From Vicinamibacterales bacterium (lineage in GTDB: Bacteria > Acidobacteriota > Vicinamibacteria > Vicinamibacterales > CAVVIG01), in the NCBI GenBank assembly GCA_036497895.1, contig DASXIR010000365.1:10522-74521 (forward strand): a stretch of DNA of 64,000 bases. The letters run 5' to 3'. Numbering within the stretch: position 1 is the first letter of the stretch; each line of letters starts with the position of its first letter. Positions 1 to 8,015 of the stretch are shown here, one piece after another. Made by a program: the position numbers and the translations under genes. The notes under the pieces are model-generated. The model was not told the origin of the DNA. It worked only from the letters and a program-made list of their open reading frames with translations, and did no database searches.

Positions 1-995
1 CGCTGCTCAAAGTGGCCGAGACCGATCTGCCGGCGCTGCCGTTCGCCGATTACGACGAAGTCCGTCAGGGCGAGATGGTGTTCGCGTTCGGCAGCCCCGA
101 AGGCCTGCGCGGATCGGTGACGATGGGGATCGTGAGCGCGGTGGCGAGGCAACCGAACCCTGACAACCCGCTCGTCTACGTGCAGACCGATGCGCCGATC
201 AATCACGGCAACAGCGGCGGTCCGCTGGTGAACGTCAAAGGACAACTGGTCGGCATCAACACCTATATCGTGTCCGAGTCGGGTGGCAGCCAGGGAATCG
301 GCTTCGCGATCCCGAGTGCGCTCGTCGAGATGGCCTATCCGAAACTGCAGCGATACGGACACCTGCATCGCGGCGAGGTCGGCATGCTGCTGCAGACGAT
401 CACGCCGACGTTGGCAGCCGGGCTCGGCCTGTCACAGGACTGGGGCGTCATGATCTCCGATGTGACGCCGGATGGACCGGCGGAAGCCGCTGGTCTCGAA
501 CCGCAGGACATCATCGTCAGCATCGACGGCGAACCAGTGGACGCCTTGCCGCGACTGGGCTTCCAGCTGTTCACGCGCAGCGCGGGCGATCACGTGAAGA
601 TCGGCGTGACCCGAGGCGCCGAGACGTTCACCGCGGACGTGGCAGTCACCGAGCGGCCGCACGACTTCGATCGCTTGAGCGATCTGATCGATCCGGCGAA
701 GAGTCTGATCTCGCGGCTTGGCATCCTCGGCGTCGACATCACGGAGGACAATGCGGCCCTGACGGCCAGCCTGCGTGTACCGACGGGAGTGGTGGTGGTG
801 GGACGCACCAAGGAGGACGCGGGATCCGAGGCCGGCCTGCAGACCGGCGACGCGATCCACGGCATCAACGGCGCAGCGGTCACGTCGCTCGAACAGCTGC
901 GATCGGCGGTCGACAGTCTCCAGTCGCGCAGTTCGGTCGTGCTGCAGGTCGAGCGCAACGGTCAGATGACATTTCTCGCGTTCGAGCTCGATTGA
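1..995 (+). CDS. HtrA/DegP-family serine endoprotease, C-terminal part (5' end outside window)
   Basis: The frame of ORF 12..995 is open to the window edge. It has the trypsin-fold serine motif TDAPINHGNSGGPLVN followed by two PDZ-like segments (GVMISDVTPDGPAEAAGLEPQDIIVSIDG; VVVGRTKEDAGSEAGLQTGDAIHGING). Confidence 0.85.
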   Translation, partial: LLKVAETDLPALPFADYDEVRQGEMVFAFGSPEGLRGSVTMGIVSAVARQPNPDNPLVYVQTDAPINHGNSGGPLVNVKGQLVGINTYIVSESGGSQGIGFAIPSALVEMAYPKLQRYGHLHRGEVGMLLQTITPTLAAGLGLSQDWGVMISDVTPDGPAEAAGLEPQDIIVSIDGEPVDALPRLGFQLFTRSAGDHVKIGVTRGAETFTADVAVTERPHDFDRLSDLIDPAKSLISRLGILGVDITEDNAALTASLRVPTGVVVVGRTKEDAGSEAGLQTGDAIHGINGAAVTSLEQLRSAVDSLQSRSSVVLQVERNGQMTFLAFELD

Positions 996-1019
996 TCCAT
1001 CCGGGGTGGCCCGTATAAT
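992..1019 (+). promoter_or_regulatory. Candidate sigma70-type promoter TTGATC-N16-TATAAT, 9 nt upstream of the GTG start at 1029
   Basis: TTGATC at 992-997 and a perfect TATAAT at 1014-1019, read directly. There is no SD between the -10 box and the start codon. Confidence 0.45.
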
Positions 1020-1028
1020 AGCCATCCC

Positions 1029-1589
1029 GTGAGCCTGCTCCCTTTTTGTCAGTGGCTGGCCGAGACGCGCGGCAGCGTCGCGCTGCACGAGTCGCTGTAC
1101 ATGTATCCGCTCGTCGAATCGGCGCACGTCCTGACGTTGTGCCTGTTTCTGGGGATGGCGGTCATGTTCGATCTGCGGCTGCTCGGCCTGGCGCTCCGCC
1201 GCGTCCCGATGACGGAAATCACCAGGCGGCTCGGTCCCTGGATGGCGGCCGGCTTCGTGGTGATGGTGATCACCGGCGGCCTGCTGTTCTACGCGATTCC
1301 GATTCGATCCTACCAGAACATCTTCTTCAGAATCAAAGTCGTGATGCTGATGCTGGCGGGCCTGAACGCGTGGGTGTTTCACGCCACCGTGCACCGGCGT
1401 GTCGCCGAATGGGATCGCGATCGGGTGACGCCGAGGGCCGCGCGCCGCGCAGGCGCGGCTTCGCTGGTGCTCTGGGCGGTCATCGTCGTCGCCGGCCGGA
1501 TGATTGCCTACAACTGGTTCGACTGTGACAAACAGCCGCAGCCGAATGTGGTCAACCTCGCGGCGGGCTGCGTCGTGGAAACGCGTTGA
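1029..1589 (+). CDS. Integral membrane protein of unknown function (paralog A; DUF6644-like, name from memory)
   Basis: 186 aa with several hydrophobic helices. The N-terminal block FCQWLAETRGSVALHESLYMYPLVESAHVLTLCLFLG..DLRLLGL is shared with the next gene. Confidence 0.65.
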   Translation: MSLLPFCQWLAETRGSVALHESLYMYPLVESAHVLTLCLFLGMAVMFDLRLLGLALRRVPMTEITRRLGPWMAAGFVVMVITGGLLFYAIPIRSYQNIFFRIKVVMLMLAGLNAWVFHATVHRRVAEWDRDRVTPRAARRAGAASLVLWAVIVVAGRMIAYNWFDCDKQPQPNVVNLAAGCVVETR

Positions 1590-2068
1590 TGGACCTGCTG
1601 GCTGCGTGCCAATGGCTGGAAGCATCGCCGCTCGGCACGGCGATCCGGACGTCCACCTGGGCGTTCGCGGTGATCGAGTCGGTCCATCTGCTGGCGCTGG
1701 CGGTGATTGGCGGCTCGGTGCTGCTGGTCGATTTGCGCATGCTGGGATTTGGTCTGCGCGAGCAACGGGTGCGTGACGTGGCGGGGGAGGCGGCGCCCTG
1801 GTTCGTCGGCAGCCTGATCGTGATGCTCGTCACCGGCGCCGGTCTCTTCATCTCCGAAGCGACCAAGTGTTACTACAGCCAGCCGTTTGCAGTGAAGATG
1901 ATCTGCCTCGCGCTGTCGATTGTGTTCGCGTTCACGGTGCGGCGCAAGGTGACCGGGGCGGAAGAAGGGCGAGTGCGACCGCTTCAATACAAACTGGTCG
2001 CACTCGTATCACTGGCGCTCTGGTTCGGCGTCGGCGCCGGCGGGCGCTGGATCGGATTCTCCGGCTAG
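1586..2068 (+). CDS. Integral membrane protein of unknown function (paralog B of 1029..1589)
   Basis: 160 aa. Its start overlaps the previous stop by 4 nt. It shares the block LAACQWLEASPLGTAIRTSTWAFAVIESVHLLALAVIGG..DLRMLGF. Confidence 0.65.
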   Translation: MMDLLAACQWLEASPLGTAIRTSTWAFAVIESVHLLALAVIGGSVLLVDLRMLGFGLREQRVRDVAGEAAPWFVGSLIVMLVTGAGLFISEATKCYYSQPFAVKMICLALSIVFAFTVRRKVTGAEEGRVRPLQYKLVALVSLALWFGVGAGGRWIGFSG

Positions 2069-2571
2069 AAACCGCCGCGTCCGCGCTGTCCCGGCTTGGG
2101 CGGCTCGGTCGGATCGGCGCCGTCGGTCGGCGCGCCGGTGCCCGACGACCCCAGGAACAGTTTGCGCCCGTCCGGATAGGTGACGTTGCGGCCGTTGGCG
2201 CGATTCTGTGAGTGATCGCGCGCCTGATAGCCGTCCACGACGATTTCGGTGCCGGTGGTCAGCGAGTCGCGGGTGATGCCGCGACGCAGCAGCGTGTTCG
2301 GCGTGCCGCCCTCGATCATCCACTCCTCGCATTTGGCGTTCGGCGTGAACTCGCACGGCTTGGGACCCTCGGGCTTGACTATCTCGATGTGGATCCACGC
2401 GTGCGGATTCACCCATTCGAGCTTGGTAATCTTGCCTTTCAGCAACACCGGCTTGTTCGGATCGAACTCGCCCCCAAATGCGTGATGCGCCAGAAGCGTT
2501 GCCGAACCGGCCAACAGCACGCCACCAGCCAGCACGATCGTCAGTGTTCTACGCATACAGAGCACCCTCAC
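2065..2571 (-). CDS. Small secreted protein with predicted mature N-terminus His-His (DUF6152-like, name from memory)
   Basis: 168 aa. The signal peptide ..LLAGSATLLA is followed by HHAFGGEFDPNKPVLLKGKITKLEWVNPHAWIHIEI. An SD (GTGAGGGTG) lies upstream. Alternative start at Met6. Confidence 0.65.
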   Translation of the reverse strand: MRVLCMRRTLTIVLAGGVLLAGSATLLAHHAFGGEFDPNKPVLLKGKITKLEWVNPHAWIHIEIVKPEGPKPCEFTPNAKCEEWMIEGGTPNTLLRRGITRDSLTTGTEIVVDGYQARDHSQNRANGRNVTYPDGRKLFLGSSGTGAPTDGADPTEPPKPGQRGRGGF

Positions 2572-2621
2572 TTAACATTCCTGGATTCTATTACGTGCGC
2601 GCACCAGGCACCCCGCACCAG

Positions 2622-3725
2622 TCACTTCTTAACCCCTTCCGCCTCCCGCAGCCGGGCGCCGCGGAGGATGTCGGTCATCGCGTAATTCCCCTCGTGGCAC
2701 GCGTACTCATACATGAGGTCGGGGGTGGCGGGCCAGGCCGCTTCGCCTGTCCACGATCGCACCCAGGTGGCCGGATCGTCAATCGTGAACTGATAGCGAA
2801 TCGTCTGGGCATCGATGCGGCTGATCCGCTCGACGACGTGCAGGTTCGGACTGGATCCCCGGAAGCGCGTCTTGTCGCTGAAGTTGGTGGTGTCCACGAC
2901 CAGCGTGTCGCCCTCCCAGTGACCGATCGAATCGCCCATCCAGTTCCGGATGCTCTCCGGCGCGTGCGTGCCGTTGATGCGCACGATGCGTGCGTCGTGA
3001 TTCATCTCGTTGAGGATCATCACGTAAGTCGGCGTCTGCACGATCTGATGGAGATTGTTGTACAGCACCGGCAGTGCCGGTGGGCCTGACGTGGAACCAA
3101 AGCCGAGCAGACAGCGCTCGCCGAGCGGCCGGCGTTCAGGGTCGTCGTACGCGCCGGGACCTTCGAGTCCGGGATCGTCTTCCCGCGAGTCGGAGGTCGG
3201 ACGCGCAAATCGCGCCGCCGCCCGTTGGCGTGCCTGCGGAGTCAGCGAAGGCACCCGCCCGTCGGGTGGATCGACGATGATCGACATCCGCTTCTGACCG
3301 TCGATCTGGAAGTACTGGGTGCCGGAGTCGATCCAGAAATTGTTGTAACCGCCGACGTTGCCGGCCGCTCCGACCGAGCCGTCGCCGCCAACGGGTGGCG
3401 CGGGTCGCGTACCGCTGCTCGGCAGCGCGGCGCGCTCGATCCGGTTCTCGGTTTGCTGCTCGAGTCGGGCCGCTTCGGCATCGGTGAGCACCAGCGGCGT
3501 TCCGGCCGGCCGTTCGAGCGGCGTCAGCGTCGCGATGTCGTAGGTGCCCTGGAGATCGGGGTGACCGTCAGGCGTCCGGAGGCCGGCCTCCGCAGCGGTC
3601 GATCGTGGCGCCGCAGTTTTCGCAGCTGGTTGCGCCGTCTGCGCCGCCACCGTCAGCGGCGCGAGCCACGCCAGGGCCGCCACGATCGCGCATCCGCCGG
3701 GCGACGCGACGTTGTGCAATCGCAT
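2622..3725 (-). CDS. Secreted protein of unknown function (paralog 1)
   Basis: 367 aa with signal peptide ..LAPLTVAAQ. The C-terminal block WMGDSIGHWEGDTLVVDTTNFSDKTRF..LHVVERISRID is shared with the adjacent gene. Confidence 0.65.
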   Translation of the reverse strand: MRLHNVASPGGCAIVAALAWLAPLTVAAQTAQPAAKTAAPRSTAAEAGLRTPDGHPDLQGTYDIATLTPLERPAGTPLVLTDAEAARLEQQTENRIERAALPSSGTRPAPPVGGDGSVGAAGNVGGYNNFWIDSGTQYFQIDGQKRMSIIVDPPDGRVPSLTPQARQRAAARFARPTSDSREDDPGLEGPGAYDDPERRPLGERCLLGFGSTSGPPALPVLYNNLHQIVQTPTYVMILNEMNHDARIVRINGTHAPESIRNWMGDSIGHWEGDTLVVDTTNFSDKTRFRGSSPNLHVVERISRIDAQTIRYQFTIDDPATWVRSWTGEAAWPATPDLMYEYACHEGNYAMTDILRGARLREAEGVKK

Positions 3726-3734
3726 GTGCTCTGC

Positions 3735-4604
3735 CTATTTCGTCAGCGGCTTCTTGCGGAACGCGCCGTACATCAGTTCCTCGACGAACTCCACGCACTT
3801 GAAGTCCATCAGTTGCGCGTTCTTCTCCTGGCGGCGGTACAGCGGCACGCTGATCTTCCACGGGCGCGAGAATGTCTTCGGATCCTCGATCGTCGCTTCG
3901 TAGGCAATCACATCCGGGCTGGTGCGCGTGTAACGCTCGACGACGTGGAGCTTGTCGCTGTGATGGTTGCCGGCGCGATCGAACCAGGTCTCTTCGTTGA
4001 AGCCGGTGACGTCGATGACCAGCGTGTCGCCGTCCCACTTGCCGACCGATTGTCCCATCCACGAATCGACCGGCGCCGGACCCGGGTCCTTCAAGTAGAT
4101 GTTGCGAACCGCGCCGGCGTACTCGTACGCGAAGAAAATCGCCTTGGTGCTCTCGAAAATCTGAAACGGATAGGGCATGTAGGTTGCGCGCGGCACGCCC
4201 GGGAGGTAGCACTTGATCTCGGGATCCCGCGTCAGCCAGTTCTCCTGGTTCTCTTTCTTCTTCGCGAGCGCCGCGGGCAGGTACGGAATCTCACCGCCTT
4301 CGACGATGCCCATCCCCGGCGGGACCGAACCAACCGCACCCATCGCGAGAACCGCAGCGGCGGGCACCGGGCCATAGGGTCCCGGCCGAAGCGCCAGCGC
4401 CGGTCGCGCCATGTGCGCTTCGATGTCGTAGTTCGCTTCGTTCAGCGCCTGCCAGATGCCGTTCAAGTCCGGCTTGCCGTCCGCGAGACGCGGCGGGCGG
4501 TAGCCGCCGGCGGTCTGACCCGATATCGGTGCGCCCTCGAACAGGACGGCCGCCATCACCGCTGCAGCCGCCGCGACGATCAACGTCTTCACCGCAGTTT
4601 GCAT
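3735..4604 (-). CDS. Secreted protein of unknown function (paralog 2)
   Basis: Track ORF 3735..4649 trimmed to Met16 (MQTAVKTLIVAAAAAVMAAV, signal-peptide-like). It carries the block WMGQSVGKWDGDTLVIDVTGFNEETWFD..LHVVERYTR. Confidence 0.65.
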   Translation of the reverse strand: MQTAVKTLIVAAAAAVMAAVLFEGAPISGQTAGGYRPPRLADGKPDLNGIWQALNEANYDIEAHMARPALALRPGPYGPVPAAAVLAMGAVGSVPPGMGIVEGGEIPYLPAALAKKKENQENWLTRDPEIKCYLPGVPRATYMPYPFQIFESTKAIFFAYEYAGAVRNIYLKDPGPAPVDSWMGQSVGKWDGDTLVIDVTGFNEETWFDRAGNHHSDKLHVVERYTRTSPDVIAYEATIEDPKTFSRPWKISVPLYRRQEKNAQLMDFKCVEFVEELMYGAFRKKPLTK

Positions 4605-4723
4605 TTGACAGGTCCCATCCCCGGGGGTCGAATATACGGCAATCGGCATCGAGAAGGGAAGCCATAAGCCACGTGAGCGCGACCCGTCGGATCGAGCATC
4701 AATCTGAATTCGGCTGCTGGGAA

Positions 4724-5536
4724 ATGTGCCGTGGAGAACCGGCCCCGGGCCTGCGCGGTTACGTGCGCGAGTACACAGGCTGGTTCGAGCACATGGCGAG
4801 CCCGCTCTGCCGTCGCGAGCTGCCGACCGAGATTGTCCCGGTCATCATCAACTTCGGCGCCCCGATCCGCATCTTCGAGCAGAGCGACCCGACTCGCTGG
4901 ACCGACGTCGACAGTTTTGCCGCCGGACCCTACGACACCTATGTACTGGTCGGATCGGCAGGACCATCGGGCGGAGTGCAGATCAATTTCACCATGCTGG
5001 GCGCGCGCCTGTTTCTCGGCCGTCCGCTGGTTGATCTCACCAACCGCGTTGTCGCGCTGGACGATCTGTTCGGCGCCGGCGCGGAGCGGCTGCGCGGCGA
5101 GCTTCATGACGCTGGCACGTGGCCGGCACGCTTCGCGATCCTCGATCGCGAGATCGGCGCGAGGATCAGCGCCGCTCGTTCGCTGCCGCCGGCGGTGGTC
5201 TGGGCCTGGCGCCGCCTGACGGCGACGGGCGGTCGCGTCAGCATCGGCGCGATCGTGGCCGACGCCGGCTGCAGCCAGAAGCATTTCATCGCGCAGTTCA
5301 CGGAGCATATCGGTCTGACACCGAAAGTGATGTCGCGCGTGCTGCGCTTTGGCGCCGCGGTCGACGCACTGAAGACTCGAGGCGCCCGTTTCCGGCTCGC
5401 CGATATCGCCGCTGACTGCGGTTACTTCGACCAGGCGCATTTTTCGCGCGACTTCCGCGCGTTCGCCGGTGTCAGCCCCAGCGCACTGCTTCGTGCCGCT
5501 CTTCCCGACGAAGGCGGGTTCGCCGTCACCCGGTAA
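4724..5536 (+). CDS. AraC-family transcriptional regulator
   Basis: The C-terminal double HTH (AGCSQKHFIAQFTEHIGLTPKVMSRVLRF ... IAADCGYFDQAHFSRDFRAFAGVSP) is typical of AraC/XylS. Start trimmed to ATG 4724; GTG 4673 is also possible. Divergent from the secreted-protein genes. Confidence 0.85.
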   Translation: MCRGEPAPGLRGYVREYTGWFEHMASPLCRRELPTEIVPVIINFGAPIRIFEQSDPTRWTDVDSFAAGPYDTYVLVGSAGPSGGVQINFTMLGARLFLGRPLVDLTNRVVALDDLFGAGAERLRGELHDAGTWPARFAILDREIGARISAARSLPPAVVWAWRRLTATGGRVSIGAIVADAGCSQKHFIAQFTEHIGLTPKVMSRVLRFGAAVDALKTRGARFRLADIAADCGYFDQAHFSRDFRAFAGVSPSALLRAALPDEGGFAVTR

Positions 5537-5580
5537 AATTCGTCCAAGACAGGCCCTCGGCACTCGACTAGCCTGTCGTC

Positions 5581-6336
5581 ATGAACATATCTCCCGCGTT
5601 CCGCTACGAGGATGCGCCGGCCGCGATCGACTGGCTGGTGCGGGCCTTCGGCTTCGAAAAAAAGAGCATCGTCGAGGCTCCTGACGGCGGCATCGCTCAC
5701 GCCGAACTGCGACTTGGCACCGGCGTGATCGCACTCAACTCGGCGCACCGGATTGCGGGCAATCCGTGGTCCGAAGTTCGGCAGGGCGTCTATGTCTGTC
5801 TTGCAGATGTGGACCGTCACCACGACCGCGCCAAAGCAGCCGGCGCCGACATCGCCTCGCCGCTCAAGGATCTCGAGTACGGTTCGCGCGAATACGCGGT
5901 GCGCGACTGCGGAGGCCACCTCTGGAGTTTTGGAACCTATGCGATGGCCAAGCCAGGAGACGAGCCCAACATGTTTGTCGGACTGCACTACGAAGACAGC
6001 CGCGCGGCGGTTGCCTGGCTCTCGAAGACATTTGGGTTCGTGAGCGCCTTCGAAGTGGCGGCGCCTGGCGGCTCGCTCGCGCACGCCGAGATGCGGCTGG
6101 CGGAAGACACCTTGATGATCGACTCCGGCCCGAGGGATCCGCGGATCTGGGGCGAAGACGCGCAGGCGCTCTACGTGTATGTGGCGGATCCCGATGCGCA
6201 TTACGCGCAGGCGACGATGGCGGGTGCCACGATTGTCCGTCCACTCGAACAGACGCCGTGGGGTTCGCGCGGCTACTACGCGAGGGATCCGGGCGGCTTT
6301 TTGTGGGGATTCAGCACCTACCGGCCGCAGGCCTGA
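5581..6336 (+). CDS. VOC/glyoxalase-family protein (two tandem glyoxalase-like halves)
   Basis: 251 aa. Both halves repeat the pattern ..AIDWLVRAFGFE....G.IAHAELRLG / ..AVAWLSKTFGFV....GSLAHAEMRL and end with ..GG.LW.F.TY. Confidence 0.8.
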   Translation: MNISPAFRYEDAPAAIDWLVRAFGFEKKSIVEAPDGGIAHAELRLGTGVIALNSAHRIAGNPWSEVRQGVYVCLADVDRHHDRAKAAGADIASPLKDLEYGSREYAVRDCGGHLWSFGTYAMAKPGDEPNMFVGLHYEDSRAAVAWLSKTFGFVSAFEVAAPGGSLAHAEMRLAEDTLMIDSGPRDPRIWGEDAQALYVYVADPDAHYAQATMAGATIVRPLEQTPWGSRGYYARDPGGFLWGFSTYRPQA

Positions 6337-6345
6337 CGTCCGGAA

Positions 6346-7005
6346 TCACGAGGTCAGGTTCGGCGCCGGCAACGCCTCGAGCCACTGATGCGCGGCACTG
6401 ACATCCGCGGCGGTCAATTCGTGACCACCCGGCTGCCAGATCGTCGTGACGTCCGCGCCAGCCGCGCTCAGCAGCGCCGCCAGCCGTTCGACCTGTGCGA
6501 TCGGGACGATCGGATCGCGCCGCCCGCTCGAGATCAGCACCGGTGTCCGATGCAGGACGGCCGCTGCATCGGGCTCGAACGGCACCATCGCACTGAACAG
6601 AATCGCGGCGGCAAGCACTCCAGGGTCGCTGAGCAGGACGCTGGCGGCGACGTTGGCGCCGTTCGAGAAACCAACCGCGACGACTCGCGCCGGATCGAAC
6701 CGGTAGTGCGCCGCGGCAGTCTTGACGAACTGCACCAGCGCGATGGTTTGGCGATGCAGGTCGTCGAGATCGAAAACGCCTTCGGCCAGGCGCCGAAAGA
6801 AGCGAGGCATGCCACGTTCGAGGACGCGCCCTCGCGGGCTAAGGACGCCGGCCGCAGACGACAGCCTCGCGGCGATCGGCAGCAGATCCTGTTCGTCGCC
6901 GCCGGTTCCGTGCAGCAGCAACAATACCGGCGCCGCCGGAGCGGTCGGCGGTTGAAACACATGGACGAATCCCAGATCAGCCATTCCTCGCTCACCACCG
7001 ATCAT
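6346..7005 (-). CDS. Alpha/beta hydrolase, phospholipase/carboxylesterase type (MhqD-like)
   Basis: 219 aa. It has LLLLHGTGGDEQDLLPIA and the nucleophile elbow GFSNGA. It lies directly downstream of the ring-cleaving dioxygenase-like gene. Confidence 0.8.
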   Translation of the reverse strand: MIGGERGMADLGFVHVFQPPTAPAAPVLLLLHGTGGDEQDLLPIAARLSSAAGVLSPRGRVLERGMPRFFRRLAEGVFDLDDLHRQTIALVQFVKTAAAHYRFDPARVVAVGFSNGANVAASVLLSDPGVLAAAILFSAMVPFEPDAAAVLHRTPVLISSGRRDPIVPIAQVERLAALLSAAGADVTTIWQPGGHELTAADVSAAHQWLEALPAPNLTS

Positions 7006-7022
7006 CGCGGCTCACCGGCTGT

Positions 7023-7973
7023 TCAAGAACGAGGCGCATGCGCTTCGCCAAGCGGCGGCAGCGCCTCTTCGATGACTGGGCGGCGGGACTCGAGCCACGG
7101 CGGCAGCACCAGCGATTCGCCGAGATGGGCCGGGTCCTCGTCGGCGGCGAATCCGGGGCCTTCGGTCGCGAGCTCGAACAGCACGCCGCCCGGTTCCTTG
7201 AAGTACACCGACTTGAACCAGAACCGATCGATCACCTCGGTCGGATGGGAGCCCGCGTTCAGCACCATCGTCCGCATCGCGAGTTGATGCGCGTCGTCCT
7301 CTACGCGCCAGGCAAGATGATGGACGGCGCCGACGCCCCAGGCGCCGCGCCTGGCGTCGGCGGCTTCGCGAATGTCGATGCTGCCGGCGGCATCGCCGAA
7401 TCCGTATCGAGTCCAGCCGTGCTCGGCTCCGATTACCTGAAAGCCGAGCACGCCGGTCAGGAACGCGGCGGTTTTGGCGACGTCGCGCTCCCAGATCTGC
7501 GCGCCGAAGAGCCCGCGGATCTGTCGCTCGCCGGGCACCGGTCCGCCATCCCACGGCGTGAAGCGGCGCGCGCCGGCTGGCCGTTCCACGAGCGCCAGCT
7601 TGAGGCCGTGTGGGTCGACCAGCGGCAGCACACGGTCGCCGAAACGTGTTTCGACAGCGCCTGGTCGCCCACCGTATTTCTCGAGTCGTTGACCCCAGTA
7701 GTCGAGGCTACCGGCCGGAATCTCGAGGCTGACTTCGAGCGCAAGTCCGTGTCCCGGTTGAGGCGGCGCGACCTGCGTCCACGGAAAGAACGTGAGGTCG
7801 GTCCCCGGGTGACCCTCCGCGTCGGCGTAAAACAGGTGATACGTGCCGGGGTCGTCCTGGTTGACGCTTTTTTTCACGAGACGCATGCCGAGGACGCCCG
7901 CGTAGAAGTCCAGGTTCTGCTGCGGCGGACCTGCGATCGCCGTGATGTGATGAAGGCCGTGGACTGATGCCAT
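7023..7973 (-). CDS. Ring-cleaving (hydroquinone-type) dioxygenase of the VOC superfamily (MhqO/MhqE-like)
   Basis: Track ORF 7023..8324 trimmed to Met118. The N-terminus MASVHGLHHITAIAGPPQQNLDFYAGVLGMRLVKKSVNQDDPGTYHLFYADAEGHPGTDLTFFPW is the signature start of this family. Confidence 0.8.
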   Translation of the reverse strand: MASVHGLHHITAIAGPPQQNLDFYAGVLGMRLVKKSVNQDDPGTYHLFYADAEGHPGTDLTFFPWTQVAPPQPGHGLALEVSLEIPAGSLDYWGQRLEKYGGRPGAVETRFGDRVLPLVDPHGLKLALVERPAGARRFTPWDGGPVPGERQIRGLFGAQIWERDVAKTAAFLTGVLGFQVIGAEHGWTRYGFGDAAGSIDIREAADARRGAWGVGAVHHLAWRVEDDAHQLAMRTMVLNAGSHPTEVIDRFWFKSVYFKEPGGVLFELATEGPGFAADEDPAHLGESLVLPPWLESRRPVIEEALPPLGEAHAPRS

Positions 7974-8015
7974 GAGGCATGGTGGCAGATCGCGGGGACT
8001 GTGGTCCAATGAGCC

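Noticed and set aside
432-1625. A long antisense ORF (397 aa) opposite the HtrA and membrane-protein genes. Similar long ORFs are 3225..4667(+), 14858..16117(+), 16129..17796(+), 28578..29501(-), 50240..51505(-) and 62961..63671(-).
   Set aside because: These are typical GC-driven shadow ORFs. They have Arg/Pro/Ala/Gly-rich low-complexity translations and no recognisable motifs. Each fully overlaps a strongly supported gene on the other strand.
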